Counted from the stretch's first letter, positions 12,557 to 22,136 are shown. The stretch is 32,000 nucleotides of DNA from Patescibacteria group bacterium (GCA_041662745.1 JBAZRV010000002.1:150001-182000), one strand, 5' to 3'. Translations and numbers: made by a program. The notes: a model not told the origin generated them from the letters alone.

Positions 12557-13588
12557 AGTTTTGACGAGATTATTTGTCTTGATAATTTATTGGCGGCCTG
12601 GCGGGAATTCGTCCGTGGCAAAAGAGACAAGAAAGACGTGCAAGAATTCCAGTGGCAACTGATGGATAATCTTACAGTGCTTCATTGGAATTTGGCAAGC
12701 GGCGATTATTGCCATGGCGGCTATCAGGCCTTTAAGATTTGTGATCCCAAATCGCGGCAAATCCATAAGGCGTCGGTTCGGGACAGATTAGTCCATCATG
12801 CGATTTATCGGATTTTGTATCCGTTCTTTGATCGGACTTTCATCGCCGATTCTTATTCCTGCCGGCTGGGCAAGGGCACGCATAGGGCCTTGGCTCGGTT
12901 CAGTGAATTCGCTTACTCCGCCAGTCGGAACAATACCCGCACTTGCTGGGTTTTGAAGGGCGATATCAGGAAGTTTTTTGCCAACATTAATCATGGGATA
13001 TTGAAAGAGATTTTGGCCGAGTATATTCTAGATAAAAAGATTTTGGGGTTATTGGATGAAGTGATTGACAGCTTTCACTGTGTTAATGATAACCTGGATT
13101 CCTGCTTTCGCAGGAATGACAAGGGGAAGGATGAGGATGTCAGTGGTAGTAGAGGTCTGCCATTAGGCAATCTGACTTCGCAACTTTTAGTTAATATTTA
13201 CATGAATAGATTCGATCAATTTGTTAAGCATAAATTACAAGTCAAGTATTATATCCGCTATGCTGATGATTTCGTGATAATATCTAATGACAAAGGAGAT
13301 CTAATTCGATTATTGGAGTTGATTAGCAATTATTTGAAACAAGAACTGAAATTGGAGCTTCATGATGATAAAATTTCCATTCGCACTCTTAGTTCAAGCA
13401 TTGATTTCTTGGGCTGGATTAATTTTCCCCGTCATCGTGTTTTACGGACAAAAACTAAAAGGAGGATGTTTAGGAGATTGCGGGATAATTTTAGGTCAGA
13501 AGCGGTTAATTCGTATATCGGCCTGCTAAGTCATGGCAATGCTTATGGATTGCAAAAAAAGATTGCTAAATTAGCTGATTTTTGTTAG
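12530..13588 (+). CDS. DGR reverse transcriptase
   Basis: 352 aa. RT motifs: RQIHKASVRDRLVHHAIY, SYSCRLGKGTH, VLKGDIRKFFANINH, the DGR-type motif 4 LPLGNLTSQLLVNIYMN, the catalytic YADD (YIRYADDFVII), and IDFLGW. RBS AAAGGA upstream. Confidence 0.92.
   Translation: MRNKIRLSHSFDEIICLDNLLAAWREFVRGKRDKKDVQEFQWQLMDNLTVLHWNLASGDYCHGGYQAFKICDPKSRQIHKASVRDRLVHHAIYRILYPFFDRTFIADSYSCRLGKGTHRALARFSEFAYSASRNNTRTCWVLKGDIRKFFANINHGILKEILAEYILDKKILGLLDEVIDSFHCVNDNLDSCFRRNDKGKDEDVSGSRGLPLGNLTSQLLVNIYMNRFDQFVKHKLQVKYYIRYADDFVIISNDKGDLIRLLELISNYLKQELKLELHDDKISIRTLSSSIDFLGWINFPRHRVLRTKTKRRMFRRLRDNFRSEAVNSYIGLLSHGNAYGLQKKIAKLADFC
13089..13122. repeat. Hairpin repeat copy 1, in frame inside the RT ORF
   Basis: ataacctggattcctg-ctttcg-caggaatgacaa. 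It shares its 16-nt 5' and 12-nt 3' parts with 22970..23004 and encodes ..NLDSCFRRNDK.. Confidence 0.75.
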
Positions 13589-13618
13589 GATACCAGTATA
13601 ATTTATGCGCAGAATCTT

Positions 13619-14356
13619 ATGTCTTTTTTGGATAAAATTCTAAAATCCTCCGGCAATACCTTATACTATCCCGGCTGTCTGACCAAATACGTAGCCAAGG
13701 ATATTTTTGATAATTACAAAAAACTGCTGGAAATGTGCGGCGAGGATTTTATCATTTTGCCGGACAAGGAAGTTTGTTGCGGTTCGCCGGCCATTAATGC
13801 CGGCTTTAAGGCTGAGGCCAAATCTTTAGTCGGGAAAAATCTAGAATTATTCAAACAGTATAATATCAAAAAAATCATTACCGGCTGTCCGGCCTGCTAT
13901 CGCGTGTTCAGCCATGAATATCCCAAAATTCTATCAGATTCTTGGGGTATTGAGGTGGAACACATGACCACCTATCTGCTGGAAAAGTTAAAGTCCGGCA
14001 AACTTAAATTGCCAGAAGTTAAAATCAAAGCCGCCTATCACGATCCCTGCCATTTGGGCCGGCATAGCCGGATTTATGAGGAACCGCGAGAGTTGCTCAG
14101 GGCCATAGGCGTAGACTTGCAAGAAATGGCGTTGAACCGCGAATATGCTTTCTGTTGCGGCGCGGGCGGGGGGGTGCAATCCAATCATAAGGAGTTGGCG
14201 GAAAAGATCGCCACCGAGAGGGTGAGCCAAGCCGTGGCTACGACCGCCGAATACCTGGTAACGCCTTGTCCCATGTGCGCTTATAATTTGCGCAATGGTA
14301 CGGGCGATAAGATTAAAGTCGTGGAATTTTCGGAAGCGCTATTGGGTAAAATATAA
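13619..14356 (+). CDS. CCG-domain (Fe-S) oxidoreductase subunit, LutA/GlpC/HdrB-like
   Basis: Two cysteine-rich CCG-type motifs (CCGSPA...GCPACY and FCCGAGGG...PCPMC). Length and layout resemble LutA/YkgE. Confidence 0.65.
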   Translation: MSFLDKILKSSGNTLYYPGCLTKYVAKDIFDNYKKLLEMCGEDFIILPDKEVCCGSPAINAGFKAEAKSLVGKNLELFKQYNIKKIITGCPACYRVFSHEYPKILSDSWGIEVEHMTTYLLEKLKSGKLKLPEVKIKAAYHDPCHLGRHSRIYEEPRELLRAIGVDLQEMALNREYAFCCGAGGGVQSNHKELAEKIATERVSQAVATTAEYLVTPCPMCAYNLRNGTGDKIKVVEFSEALLGKI

Positions 14357-14358
14357 TT

Positions 14359-15510
14359 ATGAATCGTGATTTTGTTTACAATTATCTTAGCAAGCGAGTT
14401 GCCGCCTTAAACCGCGAAGATCAGGAAAAGCTGCGCGATGAGATTTTTGAATTGAAAAAAAAGGCGGCAGCCAGGTTACCCGAGTTGGTGGAAAAGGCTA
14501 AAAATAAATTGGAGCAAGCCGGCGCCAAAGTTTATGTAGTCAAAGATAATGCCGCCGCCACGGAGCTGATTAAAGAATTAGCCGGTTCCAGTTTGGCGGT
14601 TAAAAGCAAATCCAACACCTTGGATAAATTGGGATTAAAAGGAATTTTAGGGGATAAATTGACTGAAACGGATTTGGGCGCCTATATCGTCAGCCAAATC
14701 GGCGGCGACTCGGATCACCCGGTTTTGCCGGCCATTGATTTGTCAGCCGAAGAAATCGTTGCCAAATTCAAAGAACGGGGAATTGATCTGCCGGCCAAGC
14801 CCAAGGAATTGGTGGATAAATTAAAAAAAATCATTAAGGAAAAGATTTTATCCGCTGAAGTCGGATTGACCGGCGCTAACGCCGTTACCGCCGACGGGCA
14901 AATCATGCTGCTGGAGAACGAAGGCAATATTTCATTGGTCACTCGTTTACCCGGGTTGCATATTGCCGTCGCCAAGGTGGAAAAAGTCGTTGCTTCTTAC
15001 GAGGATGCGATTAAAATCGCCAAGGCCGCCGCCGTTTGGGGGACCGGCCAGAGTTGGACGTCTTACGTGTCTTTTATCGGCGGACCGTCGCAAACCGCAG
15101 ATATTGAGAATGAGTTGGTTACTGGAGTGCAGGGAGCGCAGAAGTTAATCCTGATTTTAATTGAAGGACAATCCTATCAAAAAATTGGCACGGAGTTGGA
15201 GAGTATGCTATACTGTATACATTGCGGAGCTTGTTATAATCTTTGCCCGTCCTGGAATCTGACCTTGACCATGCCTAAAGTCAGCAGTGATCAGACCAAT
15301 TTTACTTGCACTCTGTGTCAGAATTGCACCCTTAATTGCCCGGCCAGGATAGATTGGCAGAATATTACCAGGATTTATCGTGAGAAATTTACCGCCGAAG
15401 GCAAGATTAGCGCAGTTAATGCCAAAATGCTTAAGAATTTAAGGCAATATGGCAACCCTTTCGGCGAAGTTTCAGAGGGCGTCGCGCCGGATGAATTATT
15501 TTGCTGTTAA
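14359..15510 (+). CDS. LUD-domain / 4Fe-4S protein, LutB-like
   Basis: Adjacent to the CCG protein. It has ferredoxin-type clusters CIHCGACYNLCP and CTLCQNCTLNCP, with an N-terminal LUD-like region. Confidence 0.55.
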   Translation: MNRDFVYNYLSKRVAALNREDQEKLRDEIFELKKKAAARLPELVEKAKNKLEQAGAKVYVVKDNAAATELIKELAGSSLAVKSKSNTLDKLGLKGILGDKLTETDLGAYIVSQIGGDSDHPVLPAIDLSAEEIVAKFKERGIDLPAKPKELVDKLKKIIKEKILSAEVGLTGANAVTADGQIMLLENEGNISLVTRLPGLHIAVAKVEKVVASYEDAIKIAKAAAVWGTGQSWTSYVSFIGGPSQTADIENELVTGVQGAQKLILILIEGQSYQKIGTELESMLYCIHCGACYNLCPSWNLTLTMPKVSSDQTNFTCTLCQNCTLNCPARIDWQNITRIYREKFTAEGKISAVNAKMLKNLRQYGNPFGEVSEGVAPDELFCC

Positions 15511-15660
15511 AATAGATAAATAAATTCACCCTGTTAAATAATTCGCCTAGGCGAATTAAAAATCTATTGTTATAATAAGCAGATGGGATACGGGTGAAAT
15601 CTCAATAAAATTACTTCTTAACTCAATTTTAATTAATTTTTATTTAACAGGGTAAACAAT

Positions 15661-16584
15661 ATGAAGAAAATTATTTCTAAAATTTCCGATTGGTGCAAGA
15701 ATGTTTGCGCCAAACGCGAGGGGCAAAGCAATTTCAAGCGCGGTTTGATAATCGGTTTGGCCGTTGCTTTGGTTATTGTCATTATTTTGGCGTTAGTTTT
15801 ATGGCTATCCGGCGTGTGGGGCGGAGGAAAAGACGATTCCCAACCGGCTAATCCTATTGCTGAGGCCAAGGTAATCGTTTTGACTTCCACGCATTGCGGC
15901 AACAAGTGCTGGGATACCAGTTTGTTTATTGACGCTTTAAAGAGCCGAAGCATCAAGATTACCGACGTAGAAACCCTTAAGGTTGATGGTTGGTGGCCCT
16001 GGAGCAAAGGCAAGGCTTTAGCCAAAAAATTGCAAGTAACCAAAGTTCCGACCGTGGTGGTGGAAACTGATTTCAGCAAGAATCCTGATTTAGCGGCTTT
16101 TTTCAGCAGCACTCTGGGTAATACTGTTGATAATCAATTTGTTTTGACTAAGATCTTGGCGCCTTACTATGATTTGGCTCTCAATAAGCTTAAGGGAGAG
16201 ATTTTGGTTACTTATTTGACTGATGAATCTTGCAAAACCTGCTATGATGTCAAAACCCATGTAACGGCTTTGGAGAATCTTGGCGTGCCGACCAGCCGAT
16301 CAAAAACCGTGGATGTTTCTTCGTCTGCCGGCAAGGCCTTGGTTGATAAGTATAAGATCACCAAAGTCCCGACCATTTTAATCAGCGGGGAAGTCAGCGA
16401 GTACCTGGTGTTTACCCAAGCTTGGGCCGATGTGGGAATTGTTGCTGATGATGGCACTTACATTTTTACCAATCTTGACTTGATGGGTGATTATAAGGAT
16501 CTGACCACGGGCAAGGAAATTAAAGCGGATGCCACTAAGGCTTCCGGCTCGGCTGCCGCTCCAATCACGGCAACTACCAAATAG
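15661..16584 (+). CDS. Membrane-anchored protein with two thioredoxin-fold-like repeats
   Basis: N-terminal TM (LIIGLAVALVIVIILALVLWL). Two repeats each end in ..TKVPT..: HCGNKCW...LQVTKVPTVVV and SCKTCYD...YKITKVPTILI. Confidence 0.45.
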   Translation: MKKIISKISDWCKNVCAKREGQSNFKRGLIIGLAVALVIVIILALVLWLSGVWGGGKDDSQPANPIAEAKVIVLTSTHCGNKCWDTSLFIDALKSRSIKITDVETLKVDGWWPWSKGKALAKKLQVTKVPTVVVETDFSKNPDLAAFFSSTLGNTVDNQFVLTKILAPYYDLALNKLKGEILVTYLTDESCKTCYDVKTHVTALENLGVPTSRSKTVDVSSSAGKALVDKYKITKVPTILISGEVSEYLVFTQAWADVGIVADDGTYIFTNLDLMGDYKDLTTGKEIKADATKASGSAAAPITATTK

Positions 16585-16597
16585 TTAAAAAAGTTTT

Positions 16598-16629
16598 CAA
16601 CCCTGCCTCGGCAGGGTTGATTTTTTTTG
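16598..16629 (+). terminator. Rho-independent terminator
   Basis: caaccctgcc-tc-ggcagggttg followed by a T8 run. Confidence 0.8.
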
Positions 16630-16659
16630 GCTAAAGTGTTATATTTTAATCATCTGATT

Positions 16660-17349
16660 ATGAATTTATATATTGTCGCCACGCCACTGGGCAACTTAAA
16701 AGATATTACTCTGCGGGCTTTAGAGACACTTAAGTCCGTACCTTTGATTGCCTGCGAAGACACTCGCGTTTCCGGCAAGCTTTTGGCGGCTTACGATATT
16801 AAAACCAAGACCATTTCCTATCATCAGCACAGTTCGGCCGGCAAGGTTGATTTTTTGTTGGATAAGTTGGCTGAAGCGGGGGAGATGGCGGTTATTACCG
16901 ACGCCGGCACGCCGGGCATTTCCGATCCCGGCAATTTGTTAGTGGAAGCGGCGGTCAAGAGATTCGGCGACAAGTGCCGCATCATTCCCATTCCCGGTCC
17001 GTCGGCTATTATTGCCCTTCTATCCATCTCCGGGCTGCCGACCGACCGATTTGTATTTTTAGGTTTTTTGCCCCATAAAAAAGGCAAAGAAACAGCATTA
17101 AAAAAAATAATCAATAGCGAGGAAACTGTCATTTTTTACGAATCAACCCACCGCATTATCAAATCCCTGGAGAAATTAAATGAGCTGATGGCGTTGGGAG
17201 GGGAAAGCGACAGGCGAATCGTCGTAGGCCGGGAGCTGACGAAAAAATTTGAAACCGTTTATCGCGGCAATATTAAACAAATTTTAGATCAATTGAGATC
17301 CGATACCGCTAAAGGCGAGTTCGTCGCAGTGGTGGAGGGAAAAAAATAA
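16660..17349 (+). CDS. rsmI: 16S rRNA (cytidine1402-2'-O)-methyltransferase
   Basis: LYIVATPLGNLKDITLRALETLKSV..IACEDTR and TDAGTPGISDPG are hallmark RsmI motifs. ATG 16660 is preferred over the ORF-track start 16627. Confidence 0.85.
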   Translation: MNLYIVATPLGNLKDITLRALETLKSVPLIACEDTRVSGKLLAAYDIKTKTISYHQHSSAGKVDFLLDKLAEAGEMAVITDAGTPGISDPGNLLVEAAVKRFGDKCRIIPIPGPSAIIALLSISGLPTDRFVFLGFLPHKKGKETALKKIINSEETVIFYESTHRIIKSLEKLNELMALGGESDRRIVVGRELTKKFETVYRGNIKQILDQLRSDTAKGEFVAVVEGKK

Positions 17350-17350
17350 T

Positions 17351-18853
17351 ATGTCCAAGTTTTATATCACAACGCCAATCTATTATTCCAACGCTGAACC
17401 GCATATCGGTTCGGCTTATCCGACGGTTGCCGCCGATGTTTTGGCTCGCTATCACCGTTTGCGCGGCGAAGAAGTTTATTATCTGACTGGCGTAGACGAG
17501 CACGGCCAGAAAATGTCCGATTCGGCCGCGGCCGCAAACAAATCGCCTCAGGAATTTTGCGATGCTATGGCGGCTAAATGGCAATTCGCCTGGGATGCGC
17601 TTGATATTTCCAATGATGATTTTATCCGGACCACTTCCGATCGCCACAAAGACGGGGTTAGCAAATTGTTATTAAAATTAAGGGAGGCCGAGGCGATTTA
17701 CGAAGGGAAATATGAGGGTTATTATTGCAAGGGTTGCGAGGCTTTTGTGACGGAAAAGGACTTGGTTGACGGCAATTGTCCGGTGCATCAAAGCAAGCCG
17801 GAACTGATTGAAGAAAAGAATTATTTTTTTAATTTAAGGAAATACTTGCCGGCAGTGGAACGGTTGATTGATACTGATCAAATCAGGATTCTGCCTGCCA
17901 GCAAAAAGAAAGAAGTGCTGGGCCTGTTTAAGCAGGAATTATCCGACTTTTCCATTTCCCGCCAGAATCTCAAGTGGGGCATACCTCTGCCTTGGGATCC
18001 GACGCAGGTTGCTTATGTTTGGGCTGACGCCTTAAGCAATTATATTAACGCCCTGGGATACGGCTCCAGCGACGAGTCCAAGTTAGACAAGTTTTGGCCG
18101 GTTGATGTTCATGTCATCGGCAAGGATATTATTAAGTTTCATTGCATTTTCTGGCCGGCAATGCTTTTGGCCGCCGAAATCCAACCGCCTCAGGTTGTTT
18201 TTGCCCATGGATTTTTTACGGTTGACGGGCAGAAAATGGGTAAATCCCTGGGTAATATTATTGATCCGTTAGAGCTGATTAAAGGCTTTGGCGCCGATGC
18301 CGTCAGATATTTGTTGTTGTCTCAATTCCCGTTTGGGCAGGATGGCGATATCAAAGCGGACAAGTTCGTTACTCAATATAATTCCGATTTAGCCAACGGC
18401 ATAGGCAATTTCGCCTCTCGCGTCACGGCAATGGCGGAAAAGTATTTTACCGGCTTAGTGCTCGGCCGTGACAGTGAATTAAAGGCGGCAACGGAAAATA
18501 TTATCGGGCAGTATAATCAAGCCATGAGCGATTTTTTGCCCGATAACGGCATTGAAGCGGTCAAGGCCCTGGTGGCCCTGGGCGACGCTTACGTAGAAAA
18601 AAACAAGCCCTGGGAATTGGCCAAGACTGATATTAAAAGATTAGAAGAAGTGATTTATAATTTGTTGGAATTATTGCGCCATGTCGGAGTCCTGCTCTGG
18701 CCGATTATGCCGGAAACGGCGGAAAAGATATTGGCAGCTTTGGGACAAGGCGATTTCTTCGGCCAAGATTATAAAACCTTGACCGTGTGGGGACTACTGG
18801 AACCTCAAAGCAAAGTGGAAAAAATCGCCGGCTTGTTTCCTCGCATCCAATAA
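17351..18853 (+). CDS. metG: Methionine--tRNA ligase
   Basis: YYSNAEPHIGSAY (HIGH), a Zn knuckle CKGCEAF...CPVH, and GQKMGKSLGN (KMSKS). Confidence 0.92.
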   Translation: MSKFYITTPIYYSNAEPHIGSAYPTVAADVLARYHRLRGEEVYYLTGVDEHGQKMSDSAAAANKSPQEFCDAMAAKWQFAWDALDISNDDFIRTTSDRHKDGVSKLLLKLREAEAIYEGKYEGYYCKGCEAFVTEKDLVDGNCPVHQSKPELIEEKNYFFNLRKYLPAVERLIDTDQIRILPASKKKEVLGLFKQELSDFSISRQNLKWGIPLPWDPTQVAYVWADALSNYINALGYGSSDESKLDKFWPVDVHVIGKDIIKFHCIFWPAMLLAAEIQPPQVVFAHGFFTVDGQKMGKSLGNIIDPLELIKGFGADAVRYLLLSQFPFGQDGDIKADKFVTQYNSDLANGIGNFASRVTAMAEKYFTGLVLGRDSELKAATENIIGQYNQAMSDFLPDNGIEAVKALVALGDAYVEKNKPWELAKTDIKRLEEVIYNLLELLRHVGVLLWPIMPETAEKILAALGQGDFFGQDYKTLTVWGLLEPQSKVEKIAGLFPRIQ

Positions 18854-18939
18854 TATTTAACTATAAGCTTTTGGCTGTTTGCTTATTATTCCACTCACTG
18901 TTTCCATAAGCTATATGCCATAAGCCATAAGCTATTCTT

Positions 18940-19461
18940 ATGATTTTCACGCTTGCCGATGTCATTTTAATCATTATTATTTTGATTTTCGTGATGTGGG
19001 GCTTTGTCATGGGCCTGATACGCACGATTGGCGCTTTAGTCGGCATGATTTTTGGCACTTGGGTGGCCGGCCGTTATTTTATGCCGGTAGCCGATTGGCT
19101 GACGCCGGTATTGATGGGCCATGCCATTGCCGCCAAGATTATCGCTTTTTTGTTTGTTTTTGCCGCAGTGAATCGCTTAACAGTTTTACTGTTTTACCTG
19201 ATTGATCGCGGCTTCAAGTTGATTTCCATCATTCCCTTTTTGGGGTCATTGAATCGTCTCGGCGGCGCGCTTTTGGGGTTGGTTGAAGGCGTTTTGACTT
19301 CCGGCATTATCATCTTCGTTTTAGCCAAAATTGCTCCCGATATTTCTTTGATTAAGGACTCTCTGGCTAACTCGCAAGTAGCGTACTGGCTGGTTTTGTC
19401 GGCTACTTGGCTGACTAAGCTTCTGCCTGAAGCGTTTAATAGAATCCAGTCAATATTTTAA
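18940..19461 (+). CDS. cvpA: CvpA family membrane protein
   Basis: 173 aa with four TM segments. The N-terminus DVILIIIILIFVMWGFVMGLIR is typical of CvpA. Confidence 0.7.
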   Translation: MIFTLADVILIIIILIFVMWGFVMGLIRTIGALVGMIFGTWVAGRYFMPVADWLTPVLMGHAIAAKIIAFLFVFAAVNRLTVLLFYLIDRGFKLISIIPFLGSLNRLGGALLGLVEGVLTSGIIIFVLAKIAPDISLIKDSLANSQVAYWLVLSATWLTKLLPEAFNRIQSIF

Positions 19462-19464
19462 GGT

Positions 19465-20340
19465 ATGTTGGTAGATTCCCATTGCCATTTGAATTTTATT
19501 TCTTTTAGAGATGACGCCACCGCGGTGGCGGCTGATTTTTTGTCATCCAATTACGCCTTGTTGAACGTAGGGGCGCAATATTCCACTTCCGAACGGGCGA
19601 TCAAGCTGGCAGAAAAATTCCCGCGCGGGGTTTATGCCGTAATCGGCTTGCATCCGCTTCATTTAATGGAGGCGGGAGAAGAAACTGTTATTATTGACGG
19701 CAAACCGCAGACTTTTAAGACTGCGCTAGAAGATTTTGATGCTGATAAGTATCGCCAGTTAGCCCGGTCTTCCAAGAAGATTGTGGCTTTCGGCGAAACC
19801 GGATTGGATTATTTTTATTTCGGTAAATTTTCCACGGCAGAAATCGCGTCATTAAAAATAAAGCAGGAGCAGGCCTTTCGCGGCTTTATCGCCTTGGCTG
19901 AAGAGTTTAATCTGCCGTTAGTTATCCATACTCGGGGATCGGTTGCCGATCCGACTGACGCTTACGATGATATTTTGCGTATTCTGCGAGATGAAATCGG
20001 TTCCGGCAGAAAGGTTCAGGGGGTGGTGCATTGTTTCGGCGGCAATAGTGAACAAGCCAAGGAATTCCTGCAACTGGGTTTATATTTGGGTTTTACCGGT
20101 ATCATAACATTCAAAAAAAAATCCGAGGAAGCGCAACAAATCGTCCGGGAGACCCCGCTTGAGAGGATTTTGGTTGAAACCGATGCGCCCTTTTTGTCGC
20201 CGGAGCCGTATCGCGGAGCCAGGAATATTCCGCAGTACGTGGAATTTGTAGCTAAAAAAGTCGCGCAACTTAAAGATTTGCCGTATGGCGAGGTGGCCGA
20301 AGCCACGACCCGAAACGCCAAAAAATTATTCGGCATTTGA
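19465..20340 (+). CDS. TatD family metal-dependent hydrolase
   Basis: VDSHCHL, GETGLDY, VIHTR, VHCFGG and VETDAPFL motifs. Confidence 0.88.
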   Translation: MLVDSHCHLNFISFRDDATAVAADFLSSNYALLNVGAQYSTSERAIKLAEKFPRGVYAVIGLHPLHLMEAGEETVIIDGKPQTFKTALEDFDADKYRQLARSSKKIVAFGETGLDYFYFGKFSTAEIASLKIKQEQAFRGFIALAEEFNLPLVIHTRGSVADPTDAYDDILRILRDEIGSGRKVQGVVHCFGGNSEQAKEFLQLGLYLGFTGIITFKKKSEEAQQIVRETPLERILVETDAPFLSPEPYRGARNIPQYVEFVAKKVAQLKDLPYGEVAEATTRNAKKLFGI

Positions 20341-22136
20341 CGTTTATGATTATTTATTTAATCCTATCGCTTGCTTGGCTGCTTATTTCAACCTATTTTG
20401 CCGGTAGAATTATTTTGCGAATCCTTCCCGTTAACCGGCAATTGGCTACGATATTGGGAATTTTTTTCAGTTTAGCCGTTTTGTCGCTGATCGCTAATAT
20501 TTTTACGGCTTGGCTGGCCTTAGCCGATATTTTTATTATCAGCGCTTTTGCTGTTTCTTTGCTTTTGTTGGTCGGCTTATATCTTTATTATGCTAGACTG
20601 CCCGTATTGGACACCGCTATGCGAGCGGGCGGTGAACCGTTTTTGCCCTCTTATTTCAGCTACGCCGCTATTTTATTCGTTTTGGCTATCATTGGCGGTT
20701 ATTTTGTTTCTGCCGGCATTAGCGGTGGCGCCTTAACGAGCCCCTGGCAGGTTATTAATCCGTTGTTTTTGGCTGTCGTTTTTGTTTGTTCTTTGGCCGT
20801 CCTGTATTTATCGCAGAGCCGTCTGCCTTTGGCGGCGGCGTTATTTTCCGTCCTGGTCTTTTCCTTGTTGATCCATTCTTATTTGCTGGTTTATCCCAAT
20901 GGTTTCGGCGGCGATCGTTTTCGCCATCTCGGGTCGGAATACCGCTTATTGTCGGGATTGGAATATCAGCCAACGCTATTGGCCAGGGATGTGTGGTATG
21001 TCAACGTCGGCGGAATAAAAATTCCCCAGGCTTTGGTTGATCCGGCCAAGTTGTCTTATGGCGCTCAGTGGTCGCTGGAAGTCGTTGTCTCCAAAATAAC
21101 TTCAATTGACGTGTTCCAACTCAATCGCTTTCTTTTGCCGCTTTTTTGGTCTTTATTTTTGCCGTTGATTATTTTTGTCAGCGCTTTATTGCTATATCCC
21201 AATCGGCAATTCGCTTTGCTGTCCGCCGTTTTAAGTTCCGGTTTTTATTTATGGCAATATTACGGCGGGCAGGGCTTGCCGGCGACTTGGGGCTTGCTTA
21301 ACTTCGCTTTCGGCGCCATGTTTTGGCTGGCTTACTTGAGGCGTCCAAACGGCAAAACGCCCCTTCTGGCCATGATTTTTACGGCGCTTAATTATTTTAA
21401 TTATTCTTTGGCCTTTATTTTGCTGTTAATTTTCGGTGCTTTGTCCTTGGCCGCCCAAAAACGCGGTTGGTTGCCGGTTGTGGCCTTGTTGGCGCTGGCA
21501 GGACTGGTGGCCTTGGATTTTGTTTCCAGCCGGCAAATCAGTTTTCAGTTGGGTAATTTATACCAAGCTTGGACCGCCGGCAATTTGTGGTACTTCAATT
21601 CCGGCTTAAGACTGTGGCCGCAGTGGGGCCTGGCGCCTAAGATTTTTGATTTGCTTGTGGCCGCCGTTTTTATTTTTATTTATTTGATTTCCCTGGTTGT
21701 TGCCTGGCAACGCAATGATCCGGCCTGGCGTTTGATTTCTTATTTTTCCTTGGTTGTCCTAGGCGCTTATTTCATTAGCTGGGGATTCCTGACCGGTGAA
21801 CATTTATTGGCGCGCCGTTTAACGCTTTTTGCGGTTTTCCCCATTCTTTTATTATTTTGCCAGTTGCTTAGCTCGGTTATTAGAAAAAGGCGTCAAGCGG
21901 AATTGGCCGTAGTTGTTTTGGCTTTGCTGATCGTTGCCAATTATTATTCCGGCCCCGTTATGGATCTGACGGTAACTGATGCCGATTGGCAGAAAGCTCA
22001 GGCCGTCTGGCAAGAAATAAAATCCTTGCCGGAAAAGCCGTGTGTTAAAGAGCCTTTGCCGGTAATCTTGGCCTTAGAGGCTGTTTCCGCCAAGGAATTC
22101 CAAGAAACAACAAATAATATTATTTGCGACAAATAA
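20337..22136 (+). CDS. Large polytopic integral membrane protein (possibly a GT-C-type glycosyltransferase, function unknown)
   Basis: 599 aa with more than 12 hydrophobic segments. TTG 20337 overlaps the tatD stop, and ATG 20346 is an alternative start. No catalytic motif recognised. Confidence 0.6.
   Translation: MTFMIIYLILSLAWLLISTYFAGRIILRILPVNRQLATILGIFFSLAVLSLIANIFTAWLALADIFIISAFAVSLLLLVGLYLYYARLPVLDTAMRAGGEPFLPSYFSYAAILFVLAIIGGYFVSAGISGGALTSPWQVINPLFLAVVFVCSLAVLYLSQSRLPLAAALFSVLVFSLLIHSYLLVYPNGFGGDRFRHLGSEYRLLSGLEYQPTLLARDVWYVNVGGIKIPQALVDPAKLSYGAQWSLEVVVSKITSIDVFQLNRFLLPLFWSLFLPLIIFVSALLLYPNRQFALLSAVLSSGFYLWQYYGGQGLPATWGLLNFAFGAMFWLAYLRRPNGKTPLLAMIFTALNYFNYSLAFILLLIFGALSLAAQKRGWLPVVALLALAGLVALDFVSSRQISFQLGNLYQAWTAGNLWYFNSGLRLWPQWGLAPKIFDLLVAAVFIFIYLISLVVAWQRNDPAWRLISYFSLVVLGAYFISWGFLTGEHLLARRLTLFAVFPILLLFCQLLSSVIRKRRQAELAVVVLALLIVANYYSGPVMDLTVTDADWQKAQAVWQEIKSLPEKPCVKEPLPVILALEAVSAKEFQETTNNIICDK

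Noticed and set aside
12530-13588. The RT as a group II intron, retron or Abi-type reverse transcriptase
   Set aside because: There is no intron RNA domain, maturase/En domain or msr/msd-like repeats nearby. The adjacent TR/VR pair with adenine-specific differences and the LGNLTSQ motif point to a DGR RT.
16627-16659. ORF-track N-terminal extension of rsmI (MAKVLYFNHLI)
   Set aside because: It starts at a non-ATG codon within the upstream terminator's T-run. RsmI homologs begin close to the LYIVATPLGN motif, so ATG 16660 is used.
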